A DNA stretch of 55,526 nucleotides, taken from the NCBI GenBank assembly GCA_038087875.1, contig JAXLNO010000297.1, positions 62,001 to 117,526 of the forward strand. Direction: 5' to 3'. The position numbers were made by a program, and so were the translations under genes. Position 1 is the first letter of the stretch. Each line of letters opens with the position of its first letter. This document shows, piece by piece, positions 1-11,969 of this stretch. The notes under the pieces were generated by a model. That model made no database searches, had not been told where the DNA came from, and worked only from the letters and a program-made list of their open reading frames with translations. The DNA comes from Malacoraja senta (taxonomy: Eukaryota).

Positions 1-1680
1 CACTGTATGTTTTATCTCTGGTGTGCTAGTTGTAAATGTGCGCTGGATCTGCTAAATGATTTAGTTTTTATGTACCCTGCTGCCATATCTTTAATTTAGA
101 TCCACAGTCTGGTATTTCCCTAATGCTGATGCCAGCCTAACTGATCTGCAGTTCCTCATTTTCTATCTCCCTCTCTCCTGAAATAGTGAGGCGTCATTCA
201 CTCTCTTCCAATTTGTGTGAACCATTCTGCGACCTACGGAATTTTGGAAGACGATGAACAGTGCGCCTGCTTGAAAGGCTACGGATCAAGTTCTGGAATT
301 TGGACAGCTATTTTCCAGCCGGCACGGACACCATCTTCTATGTCATCAACTCTACGATTCCTTGAAACTGTCAAGCCGTCTGATTCACACAACACAGTGG
401 AAACCTGGAGCACTCGCCCCAAAAGGCTTTTTGGATGCTGTGGGTTAGTTGGTACTTTCACTGCCATGTTAGATAAGAATTTTGGTGGGAGGGTTAATGA
501 GGGATTCGGAGCAAATGTGCATAAATTATCTGAGCACAGGCCTTCCATGACTAACAAACAGATTCCATTTGTACAGATGTTGATTTTTGTATATGTCAGA
601 AAATAGGCAAAGATTACTCCATGATAACGATTCTACTACATTTTGTAATGAATGGCATTAAAAAAACACATAATGCTGACAAGAAGGAACAATTGTTAAA
701 AGAGACGAAACTAGTTCTGACGTTCCTAGAAATGTTTGTATGTACATCGGACTTTTGAATTTAATATTGGAGCTTTTCTGCATGTATGGGTTTATCGTAA
801 GTGGGGCATTTGTTACTCTGGGACGGCCTGTGTATTGCTCTGTCATGGTCTAATTGAATGTCAAGAAAAATATTAGGAACTGAATTGATTATGCTTTTAA
901 CTTTGAAGAGGAATGTTGTGCAGATTATCTAATTGAGGTATAGAAAAATATTTATGGCACTTGGAATATAATTTTATATTCAGGAGGGAGGGACAGAATG
1001 CTGAGGCACAACACATTTGCCAAATGCTTGTTTAGTTTTTGTAATGAAGAATGATTTGTAATCTGGCAAGCAAAGTCATTAATGGATTGTCTCGCGATTC
1101 CCAGGCACACTTTACGCATGCCTGGCTATTTCACATCATAGCTCAAAAGTATTGCCATTGATTCTTTTTCACTAAATCAGTATCACTTGATTGGAAACCT
1201 TTATGCCTTTGGCAAGAACCGTATGTACCTGACTGATCTATGAACTCTCCTTTTAACCTTCTCTAAGCACAGTCCCACTTTCTTTGGATTTTTCATGTAA
1301 GTGAAGCCTTTCATCTTGATACCATTTTTGCTGTTTAATGCAGTCAGGTAGACTTGTGCAGAAGAGATTTGTAAAAACTTAGCATACCTTACTTGCTTTT
1401 ATACTTTGCTTCTCTGTTCCAAAGGTTCTGTGTTCCTTTTTTAAATTGACTACTCAACCAACTTGTTCTGCAATTGTTAAACATTGCCTTTGTACATTTC
1501 CAGCGGCCTCTGTCCCAACATCCCCCATAAAATGGTACCATTTAGTTTACATGGAATTCTAGAGGTGAGAGCTGGGTTACTCTTCCGTTGCTAAGGTAGC
1601 ACACCGTGCAGTGTAGCATTGATTTAAGGGATGAGATGATGTGGTATGCTTGGTTTTAAGTACTGGTCAGTCCAGCCAAT

Positions 1681-2150
1681 TTTATTTAGCGAATGCAAAG
1701 TCCTTTAGCCAAGCAGTTGCTTCTTGATCTGCTGTATGAAGGGTGACAAGTCCTCCTTTAAGTCTTTTTTGAGGGCATGCTTCAATGATGTGTTGCATTG
1801 TTTGCTGCTCTCCACAAGCACACCGTGGGGTTGGGCTGCTGCCCCATTTGTGAAGGCTGGCCAAGCCGGGGCCATGTCCAGTCCTAAATAGACAGATGAC
1901 GTCAATGGAGTGTTGGTGGGCGAGGACTTCAATGAGGCGTCGCTTGGCTGCAGAGAGGCCTTCAACATTCAGCTGTAGTATTCGGAGAGCAGGTCCAACT
2001 GCTAGGTGCACTTGAGGCTGGTCGTTGTTGCTGCTTTCGGCTTTGGGATAATGACTAGGATTCTTTGACTTGGCTCTCAGGCGTCGTCTTGTAGAATTTA
2101 GTCTGCTGGAAGGATCATTGGCTTCCCCAGGCGAGCCTGGGTACTGGGTA
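1681..2150 (-). mobile_element. Internally deleted non-autonomous Vingi/Ingi-type non-LTR retrotransposon
   Basis: 8-bp TSD CAGCCAAT at 1673-1680 and 2151-2158. The ORF fuses the AP-endonuclease N-terminus (LRILQLNVEG...IDVICL) directly to the C-terminal Zn-knuckle (RTGHG...CACG..QTMQHIIEACP). 3' end is GCATTCGCTAAATAAA. Confidence 0.75.
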
Positions 2151-2598
2151 CAGCCAATGACAGGACTCAGACACAAGTCCTAGACAACTCTAGACTGTCA
2201 TTAGAACATTGGACATTAAAAACTATTGTAGAATTGCATGCAAACATGGGTGACAAACTGCATTAATATTTGCCATGATTACAAGCATCTGATAATACCA
2301 CAAAATACTCCTGCAAAACACTTTTGCTTTAATTAAACTAATAATCCCATTACAAATTGCCTTACTTGCAAAGCCTAGATGTTTTGGGGTCACCATCAGA
2401 GTGTTAAATGTGACTTGTATTTTACTTCGGAGTCACGTGAGTGACTACGTGAAGAACCCCACCAGTGCGCCTGCGCGTCATTACGTCAGACGCCTTGACG
2501 CAAACGGACGTGAGGAGCAGAGCTCCTCCAGTGGATTTGTAGTTTTTCAACTACAAGGTAAGTAGAAACTTTTTTCATGTTTTCCAGGTCCGTTTACT

Positions 2599-3900
2599 GT
2601 GGGTCTATGGGGATTTTTCCACAGAGGCCATGGAAAAAACGGACAGGGGGAAGAGGCGAGCGACACAGCCGACAGAAGTCGGGAAAGTAGGGAGTCTGCA
2701 GTTAGAGACCAACCGCCTCTAAACCCCGGTACAGTCGCCAGCGGTGAGCATAGCGACTGTGGACCTGGGGCTGGTGAAAACACAGTCAGCGCCTGTCGGG
2801 CAAAAGACGAAGTTTAAATCCCAACGGCCCACGGAGGGAGTCCCAGGCAATGGAAGTAGCTCCAGGGCTAGATACTGCTTTCGAGCGTATTGCCCAAATA
2901 GAAAGCCTTTTACATAGGCTGTTGGAGCAAAGTTCACTCAGGGAGGAGTGTACTGAAAGCCGAGTTGCTGGAAGCAGCTCAAACAGCTCCTGGTACAGGG
3001 CTAGATACTGCTTTCGAGCGTATTGCCCAAATAGAAAGCCTTTTCCATAGGCTGTTGGAGCAAAGTTCACTCAGGAAGGAGTGTACTGTAATCCAAGCTG
3101 CAGGAAGCAGCTTAACAGCACCTGGCTCAGGGCTGATGGAATGCACCCTCAGGAATGAGGAGCGTGCTACGGGTCATGAGATTTCAGACCCCGACTCTGA
3201 CGGTGAGGCTGTACAAAGCAATGAACGGCAGCTGCCAGATGTTCCACCCCTGGCAGTAGGATTCGCTGCCCCGTCAGGGTCAGGAGAGCCATTAGGGGAA
3301 GAACTGGCCTCCTTAATAAATTACTTGGTTTACCATCAGCTGGAACAGCAGGAGATGGATGAGACTGCAAGAAAGCAGGAGACCCCAAGTAACTGTGGGT
3401 TGCTGAAAGCAGCAGCAGTGAACCAAATTATCTGGAATCAGTTGCAGAGAATATTAAAGCTGCTGGGTTCTGGAATAACTGCTTTTACCAGAATAGCAGG
3501 TAACAGCCAAGAGATGACGAAGTTGCATCAGGAAGCACTGGGGTTGCTATGCAGCACCCACTTCGAGATCAATTATCTGAGGAAAGTGCTATACGGCCTA
3601 CTCTGAATCCGAAATTCGCAGCACTCTGCAAACCAAGTAATATACAATTACCCAACTTACTCTTTGGAGAGGATCTCGGGAGACATATTAAAGAGTTGGA
3701 AGATGAAGCGAAAACAGGATTGATAAAAACATCAATGGTTGCAAAGTCTGTAAAGAGGAAGTATCCTTTCAGACGTCATACGGATCCTAGACCAGGACCA
3801 AGTCGCTCATCAATGCAGGGACGTAGCTGGCGGCCTGCAGCGGGAGTAAGGACCAGTGGTGGTGCTTCCGGGAGAATCCAGGGATCTCAGAATACTCAAA
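2599..3900 (+). pseudogene. DIRS ORF1 (gag-like), frameshifted
   Basis: ORF pieces 2599-2817, 2965-3606 and 3549-4121 (RPTLNPKFAALCKP...LLFGEDL) lie upstream of RT. Contains an internal ~130-bp tandem duplication (about 2850-2980 / 2970-3110). Confidence 0.7.
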
Positions 3901-3949
3901 TGACTCAAGAGGTAGGTGGACCTGGTTCTCAGGGTAACATACTAACTGG

Positions 3950-5720
3950 ATTAAGTCCAAAAGTTGGAGGCAGATTACGTTTCTTCTATAAACATTGGAA
4001 GAAGATTACTTCAGATGTGGTAATTCTGAATAATATACAAGGATTTCGAATTGAATTTAATCCAAATTATGATTTGCCTGTCCAGCATGTTCCCAGCAGA
4101 ACTCTCCACTTTGCGAAGTAATGGAGGTTCAAGTTGCGCTTCAAAACCCTATATATAAAAGGTGTTATTGAAGAATCAGTCTACCAAATTCACCAATTTG
4201 GGTCAAATATATTCCCTCGATCAAAAAAGGATGGAGGATGTAGGATTATTATAGACTTGACAAGTCTGAATCCTTTTGTTCAGTGTCTGTTCACTTGCAA
4301 GATATGAAGTATCTTAAATTTACATGGATGAACCAATTAGGGCAGTTCAAAGCTCTGCCTAATGAGTTAACGTTCCCTCCCAGAATATTCATAAAATTGT
4401 TAAAATCAATTCTGGGGTTGCTGAGAGCCAGGGGCATGTACTAATGGCATACCTGGATGATGTCCTGATTATAGGAAGGACAAAACAGTCAACAGAAGCA
4501 TCGGTTGCAGTAATAAAATCAAACTTTTGAAAGTTTGGGGGTTTCTAAATTCATCCAAAGAAATCAAGGTTAAAAACATGTACCTCGATTGATTATTTGG
4601 GGTTCACAATTGATTTAGCCCAAATGCAAATTACTTTGCCCAGTGAAAAAAGGGTGGAGTTGATTAAAGATTGCAGTAATCTGTTAAACGAGCAAAAACC
4701 TCTAATCAGACAGGTGGCTCGAGTACTGGGAAATTAGTAGATTCCCAGCAGTCCAGTATGGACCATTACATTATCAACAGCTGCAGAGAATCAAAGAACA
4801 GGCACTGAGAGTAAATGCTGGTCATTTTGATAGAACCATGCAAGTAACAACAAATGCTGTTTCTAATCTGCAGTGGTGGATTCTACATGTTCTCAAGCAG
4901 TTCAGGCAAAGTGCTGATTGAACAACCTTCCATGATATTACAAACTGATGCCAGTGCACTAGGATGGGGTGCAACTGACTTAACATCGAGCTGCGGAGGC
5001 AGATGGAATCAGGAAAAGTTAGTGTTACTGCAGACATGGGGAATTACCTATTTGGAGCTTTTAGGAGGTTTCTATGGACTCCAAGCTTATGGTTCTAACA
5101 CAACTAAAAGGAAGGTTCAAGTTCAAATTAATAAACACAAAAGTAGTTGCCTATATTAATGATATGGGTGGAATTAAGTCGGTGTCATGTGACAAAATGG
5201 TTAAATCAACTTTGGTCTTGGTGTATTGAAAAGAACATTTGGATTTCAGCTATCTATCTACCAGGTAGAATGAACACGATAGCAGACACCAGGTCACGAA
5301 AAATTCCATGATAATAAAGAATGGATGTGGAATCAAGAGGTATTCAATGATATAGTAATCAGATTTGGAATGACCGACATCGACTTGAATCATCAGCTAT
5401 CGAGATATGTCTCATGGAAACCAGATCCAGGAGCAGTGGCGATTGATGCTTTCTCGCTACATTGGGGTGGTATGTTTTCATATATATTTACACCTTTCTG
5501 CCTCATAAGCCAATGTTTGCTTAAAATCAGGCAAGATGCTGCTTCAAGGGTATTGGTAGTACCAGATTGGCCTACACAGCCATGGTATCCGTTGATATTA
5601 GAATTAACAACACATATGTTGATGAAAGTCCCAACAAAAGAGTAATTTATTGCTGCACCCTGTACAGGGGAACAACATCCATTATATGATCGTTTGGATT
5701 TGTTGATTTGCAGGTTTTAA
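3950..5720 (+). pseudogene. DIRS reverse transcriptase / RNase H / DAM-like methyltransferase, disrupted
   Basis: VGGRLRFF..HWKKIT, KKDGGCRIIIDL, AYLDDVL (~4448), TDASALGWG (RNase H), DAFSLHW...VVPDWPTQPWYP (methyltransferase). Multiple stops and frameshifts. Confidence 0.88.
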
Positions 5721-6698
5721 GAATGCCTTTTCTGGGACGAGGACTGTCTGAGCATACTGTGGACATGCTTACGGCAGCCTGGAGGAAGAGCACTCAAAAA
5801 CAGTACCTTTCTTATATTAAGAAATGGGAAGAGTTCTGTGTACAAAAGAATGTGCAATAAAGTACTGCAGATATTTCAAATGTTTAGAATTTCTGTCAAA
5901 ACTTTATTATGATGAATCATCAGCTATCGAGATATGTTGTACTGCAATTAATTCAGCCAGAAGTGCATTGTCCTCATATTTGGTTCTGGATTCAGAAAGA
6001 AACTCAATTGGGTCACACCCAATTGTTTCCAGACTAATGAAAGGAATCTTTAATTCCAAACCACCGAAACCTAGGTACGTGACAATCTGGGATGTAAGTG
6101 TGGTACTGAAACTACTTCGTGAATGGTCATCAAGTGTGTCTTTACCTTTGGTCAAGCTCAGTATGAAAGTATTCATGCTTATGGCATGAGTGACAGCACA
6201 ACGAGTGCAAACACTTGGAAAATTACAAATAGACAGTATGGAAGTAACTGAAGACAAGGTTACATTCTATATCTATGACCTACTAAAGTAAATTAGGCCA
6301 GGTGTGACAGGATTTAAAATTATGCTAGCAGCATATCCAAATGATCCATGTCTCTGTATTAAGACATATTTATTACAATACATTGAGGTCACAAAGAATT
6401 TGAGAATACGGAAACTGGGTTGTTGATCACACACAAGAAACCACACAAGAGAGTTTCAATACAGACTATTTCCAGATGGATAAAAGAAGTCTTAACAGCT
6501 GCTGGTATTAACACTTATGTTTTTACGTCTCACTCGCCTAGGGCAACAGAAACGTCGGCGGCCAGGGCAAAAGACGGCCCCGTCGACCATATCCTCGCAG
6601 CCGCCGGGTGGTCCAATGAGTTGATGTTTCAACATTTTTACCATCGGCCTATTGTTAATGCGGGGTTGTTTGCAGAAACTATTTTAAGTTCTGTGTAA
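5720..6698 (+). pseudogene. DIRS tyrosine recombinase, disrupted
   Basis: INSARSALS, HPIVSRLMKGIFN.KPPKPRY..IWDV, TAQRVQTL, SHSPRA, ILAAAGWS, FQHFYHR. Confidence 0.9.
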
Positions 6699-7251
6699 AT
6701 TCTCTGGTTTAAAGGGGATCTGATTCATTTCATTATTGAAATGAATTACTGCATTTGTGGTACAAATGTTATTATGAATGCATGATTGATTATTCTCGTT
6801 CCGAGTCAATCTATGCAGTGAGAAGCCGGGATTGATCCACGGCATGAAATCACAAAGCTTTAAAATCTTCACGTAGTCACTCACGTGACTCCGAAGTAAA
6901 ATAGTAAGATTAAACGAGAACTTACCTAAGTTTGAAGTTTGATCTTTATTTTATGAGGAGTTACGTAGGTGATTACGTGCCCACCACGACCCTACCCTCT
7001 ATCATAAAGGTCAGATGGAAGTTCTTGTATTACTCGTTTTATTATGAGACTATATTACTTCGGTTGTTGTTTTTTGTGATTTCACACCGCTGCTTTGAAG
7101 ATTGACGCGCAGGCGCACTGGCGGGGTTCTTCACGTAATCACCTACGTAACTCCTCATAAAATAAAGATCAAACTTCAAACTTAGGTAAGTTCTCGTTTA
7201 ATCTTACTATCCTTCCTGAGTAATCGATTTTAAAAAGCATTTACAAGTTTG

Positions 7252-8490
7252 TAAGTCAATAGACAATAGGTGCAGGAGTAGGCCATTCGGCCCTTCGAAC
7301 CAGCACCGCCATTCAATGTGATCATGGCTGATCATCCCCAATCAGTACCCCGTTCCTGCCTTCTCCCCATATCCCCTGACTCCGCTATTTTTAAGAGCCC
7401 TATCTAGCTCTCACTTGAAAGCATCCAGAGAACCTGCCTCCACCGCCCTCTGAGGCAGAGAATTCCACAGAAAAGTGTTTCCTCGTCTCCGTTCTAAATG
7501 GCTTACTCCTTATTCTTAAACTGTGGCCCCTGGTTCTGGACTCCCCCAACATCGGGAACATGTTTCCTGCCTCGGGCGTGTCCAAACCTGAACAATCTTA
7601 TATGTTTCAATGAGATCCCCTCTCATCCTTCTAAACTCCAGAAAGTACAAGCCCAGCTGCTCCATTCTCTCAGCATATGACAGTACCGCCATCCCGGGAA
7701 TTAACCTTGTAAACCTACGCTGCACTCCCTCAATAGCAAGAATGTCTTTCCTCAAATTAGGGACCAAAACTGCACACAATACTCCAGGTGTGGTCTCACT
7801 AGGGCTCTGTACAACTGCACAAAGAGGACCTCTTTGCTCCTATATTCGATTCCTCTTGTTATAAAGGCCAACATGCCATTCGCTTTCTTCACTGACTGCT
7901 GTATTCGAGTTTATTTAACCATTGAGTCTACTCTGCCATTGTATGGCTCATCTATCTTTCCTTCTCGACCCCATTCCCCTACTTTCTCCCATAACCTTTT
8001 GACACCCTTACTAATGAAGAACATGTCCATCTCTGCTTTAAGTATACCCAATGACATGGCCTCCACAGCCATCTGTGGCAATGAATTCCACAGATTCACC
8101 ATTCTCTGACTGAAAAAAATCATCCTTATATTTCTATAGGTATGTCCTTTTATTCCGAGGCTATGCCCTGTGGTCCGAGACTCTCCCACTAGTGGAAACA
8201 TCCTCTCCACGTCCACCCTATCCAGGCCTATCATTATTCTGTAAGTTTCAATGAGGTCCTGTCTCGTCCTTCCAAACTCCAGTGAGTACAGGTCAAACGC
8301 TCATACGTTAACCCAATTGTCCCCGGGATCATTCTCGTAAACCACCTCTGGATTCGGCACAGCCAGCTCCCACCTCGGATGTGGGCCCAAAACGGCTCAC
8401 AATACTCCAAATGCAGTCTGACCAATGCCTTCTAAAGCCGCAGCATTACATCCCTGTTTTTATATTCGAATCCCCTCGAAATAAATGCTT
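7252..8490 (-). mobile_element. Two CR1 LINE 3' fragments
   Basis: EGVQRRFTRLIPG..YAERMEQLGL..LEFRRMRGDLIETYKI, ESRTRGHSL and VNLWNSLPQ motifs. CR1 3' tail near 7252-7290. Confidence 0.9.
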
Positions 8491-8668
8491 TTAGATCACT
8501 TGCCAGGCTTTGTTTTCCCCCCCCCCCCCCCCGCTCCCCCCCTCTAGATAAGCCTATCGGACACCTGCTTCACACTTATTCTGCCTTCACAATCAGCAAT
8601 TCTGAAAAACTACAACTTTTCCTGCCTGCTTTTAAAAACCTTTTTCTTGTTAAAAAGCAGATTCTTAC

Positions 8669-8899
8669 TTCCAGCAAGATGGTTCTTCTCGCACTGGCTT
8701 CAGTTTTTGCAGTAGATCCCAACGATCCTCTGCTTCCATTGTATTTGGTACTCCCACACTCTGGCCAGGGACCCCCATCCACACCTGTGCTTTCTGCGGA
8801 TTCACTCTCAGGAAGGCTGATCTTGCATCTCCCAAAGTAAAACTGTTGGTGCAAGTGCATCCAACACTAGCGGACCAGTGGCATTTCTCCACTGACCTT
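8669..8899 (-). other. Candidate host exon, 231 bp, symmetric phase; product unidentified
   Basis: Acceptor ttttaaacag|AAGG and donor GGAA|gtaaga. One fully open frame (RSVEKCHWSASVGCTC...MEAEDRWDLLQKLKPVREEPSCW). Not recognisable as a repeat. Confidence 0.4.
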
Positions 8900-9034
8900 C
8901 TGTTTAAAATGGGTTTAAAATGCATTGAGTCATCGGGCTGGGACCCATTGTTGCCAGCAATACTTCCCGTTTTAATTTGGAAACAGTTGTAATGTGTAAG
9001 CCTTGCCACAATGTAGGAGTATCCGTCTTAATGC

Positions 9035-9037
9035 TGT

Positions 9038-9068
<31 letters not shown>

Positions 9069-9106
9069 GGTGGTAAGTGTGTCTGGGGGTGGGTGGGGGG
9101 TGTGGG
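9035..9106. repeat. (TG)n microsatellite plus poly-G / G-rich tract
   Basis: Seen directly in the sequence. Confidence 0.9.
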
Positions 9107-9717
9107 TCGTTCCAGCTTGTTTCTCGTGTTTCCTGAGTGGATGGCAGCTCCTGGTCGAGGCAAGAATCAGCCACTCCATCAGGTAGGTGGTTGAGCTCAT
9201 GGCATTCTGAGAGTTTGGTACCTGCACGAATATTAAAGAGAATATTCCTGGTGGTGGCCCGTCGTAGACGACGATAGCATTGTTGTGCAGTCTCATGTCT
9301 TGTTGGATCGAGTGTGCCTCACGAGTTCGATGCGTAGCCGCATGTGTCTTCAATACTGCTGACTGCCTTCCCAGTGGTTGTCTGCCACCCTGTCCTGTCA
9401 CTGGCGCAGGTTTCCAGTTCTTTTGGGACTAGGCCTGTGTGCTGGAGGTGGTCCATGATGCAGTCCTTAAACCGTTTCTTTGGGTGCCCTGGTTCCTTTG
9501 ATCCCGTGACGGAACTCCCTACAGGAGTTAACAAGGCATGCGGGATTCATCCATCCGGATCACGTGGCATGTCCATCGAAGATGGGCCTTTATGACCATT
9601 GCTTCGATGCTTGTAAAGCCAGATTGGTCCAGCACTTCCACGTTGGTCACCCTGTCTTGCCAGCGAATGCCCATCATTGACCGCAGAGAATGCATGTGGA
9701 ATTTCTCAAGCTGCAGG
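9107..9717 (-). mobile_element. RTE-clade LINE 3' fragment
   Basis: LEKFHMHSLRSMMGIRWQDRVTNVEVL...LRWTCHVIRMDESRMP and GHPKKRFKD, typical of the RTE/BovB C-terminus. Confidence 0.85.
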
Positions 9718-10879
9718 ATGATAAATATTATAACATTTAGAAATGGTGCAATACATGCAAGTAGATAAAATATGTAGAAGTGTAGAGCGATTTTATCGGA
9801 TGATTGTGGAACTTTCTCTGGGAAGAGCACGCAAAGAGTTGTCAATCTGTTTCCATAACAATTATAATTAATTAGAATCAGGCTGCCCTATTTTGTGCTG
9901 TCAAATGCTTGAAGTAGCATTTATGACAATGCAGTACATGTAAACTCAATTGAATGGTAACCAAGTAGTTTACAGTAATATTAAAAAAATGAAAATCTAA
10001 TTCTGTACTAAATGAAGAAAACACCAACAGTTGCTTTAAAGCACTCACACCACCCAGTTCAAAATTTGTATTCTACAACATACAGGCTGAAACCTGTAAT
10101 CAAATACTAAAACTCTGGATGCATAATTAGTGGTTGGAATTGTTTTTTCAAATACTTTCTTGTCCAGTGCCAGAAAGGTTTGAAGTACTTCCTCAAATGA
10201 AAATTATTTAAAAAATGGTGACATTATAAACAAGAAATGCTGATGTCAAATAGGCAGTTTTCTTTTTAATAGATCAACTGATTTGACCATGAAGAGCAGA
10301 TGGACCTACATTGCAAGCCCAGAATTTCCTGATATTACTTTACACTTTTGCATTATCCTAACCCTTTAGCCATTGACCACAGTCTTGCAGGCTCAGTAGA
10401 ATAATAGTAAAACTCAGTCAAAAATAAATTAAATCAAAATATAATTAAATATGAGGCATGTCATTTTTTTTTTTTTTAAAGCAGTCCTTAAAAAAAACAC
10501 AATTTAAGCCAAATTATGTATTTCAAACGTTTTTTCAGGTGCAGTCAGATTTGTAGTTTTTCCATATAGAATTTGCAGCACATGGAGGCCATTTGGCCCA
10601 AATGATCCATGTCATTCTTATATTTACATGAAACTCCATTCCACCTTCCTCAGCCAGCAGCATATCCTTCTATTCTTCATCCACTAATATATTCATCTAA
10701 TTTATCCTTAGATGTAGCTAAATTGACATCCTCCTTGTGGTCGAATATTTATTGGTGCCAAATTTACATGTGTTTTGATACGAGGATGCACTAAAATCGC
10801 TGCAAAAATCCGGTCAAAGTGAAGAAACTGCTTCCACTGGCATTAGTCAAGAGCAAATTAACTCAGATTTAATGGGATT

Positions 10880-11082
10880 GTTAAAAGCATACAAAATAGG
10901 AGGGGAATGTTTTTCAAGCAAACAGTGACAATGTGGAACTTGCTGCCTGAAATGTGGGTGAAAGCAGATTCAACCACACCTTTCAAAAAGAGATGGACAA
11001 AAGAAAGTGACTGCAGGAATAGAGCCATGGAATAGAAGTAACATAGAAAATAGGTGCAGGAGTAGGCCATTCGGCCCTTCGA
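10880..11082. mobile_element. Old CR1 fragments
   Basis: tgtggaacttgctgcctgaa...ctttcaaaaagaga and aggtgcaggagtaggccattcggcccttcg resemble the CR1 3' region at 7268-7300. Confidence 0.55.
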
Positions 11083-11287
11083 AAACGATTTGTTAACTAC
11101 CACTGTTAGCGCTTGTTAGCACGTAGTTATACAATGTGTCATCAATACATCGATCCACATTCCTCAGTAAATGTAATTGTGTTTTGACCTCGGGAGAATT
11201 TCTTAAAACTTACTGTCATTAAGGGCTCTGGACCGCGAGCACTGGCTTCTTCCTGATGTGCAGGTACAGTCATTCACCCACATTATT

Positions 11288-11396
11288 GTAAGAAGGAACT
11301 GCAAATGCTGGAACAATCGAAGGTAGACAAAAATGCTGGAGAAACTCAGCGGGTGAGGCAGCATCTCACCCACTGAGTTTCTCCAGCATTTTTTTC
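11288..11396 (-). mobile_element. Short Penelope 3'-end insertion with fold-back
   Basis: 13-bp TSD CACCCACATTATT (11275-11287, 11397-11409). Sequence matches the Penelope end at 36566-36645. Confidence 0.8.
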
Positions 11397-11969
11397 CACC
11401 CACATTATTTAGTAATTTGTACCTGTCATTTAGGGATGTTATATGATTTTTTTTTTTAATAGGTTTATGTGTTTTCTCTCTCACCTTCATGGTTAGTTTA
11501 AGGTTAGTTCTTTATTTGCTCCAGTTTTATTTAGTGTTATTTATCATGTTGTGGTTGTAGCTTTTGAACGATTTAAACATCTCGGATTTTAAAATTCATA
11601 GCGTCGCCCGAGCGCCAAATCCCTTCAGCTGTACCTGCAACTGAAGATACGGGTGGATTAGTAGACCTTTAGGAGGCATTGACACTTTGTTTTTATGTGG
11701 AGGGGTATTAGAGAAGGGCTCCGGACCGCAAGCTCACTGACTGAATGATACAGATGTCCTGACTGAAAATCACACCCTTCCGATCAATTATTTTAGGATA
11801 AGCCTTTCAAGAGAACATGCTACTTTTTGCTTTGCACAAACTTTCTACATTTCTACTTTTGGGTAAGTATGTGGCAATTATGGCTCATAGAATTTTCTCC
11901 CACACTACTTGTTATATTCGAAACAACATATTTAAATAGGTGACATTTTTTATCTTTCCCAATCCCTTA

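Larger units (their letters stand above)
2418..7210 (+). mobile_element. Full-length DIRS1-type tyrosine-recombinase retrotransposon with decayed ORFs
   Basis: Left ITR 2441-2480 is the inverse of 7103-7142 (2 mismatches in 40). Internal complementary region 6866-6903 is the inverse of 2418-2455, and 6901-6979 is the inverse of 7132-7210. Both termini end in TAT. Domain order gag, RT/RH/MT, YR. Confidence 0.95.

Noticed and set aside
150..606. Host coding exon (ORFs 217-606 + and 279-557 -)
   Set aside because: Splice-like signals exist on both strands, but there is no consistent open exon or recognisable protein.
1975..2040. 2A ribosomal-skip peptide before the APE domain, as in L1Tc/Ingi
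   Set aside because: The sequence reads QVHLAVGP and lacks the D(V/I)ExNPGP consensus.
10272..10370. Plus-strand exon after a polypyrimidine-AG
   Set aside because: Short frame, no convincing donor and no recognisable product.
11712..11780. C/D-box snoRNA
   Set aside because: A terminal stem is present, but no properly placed RUGAUGA and CUGA boxes occur on either strand.
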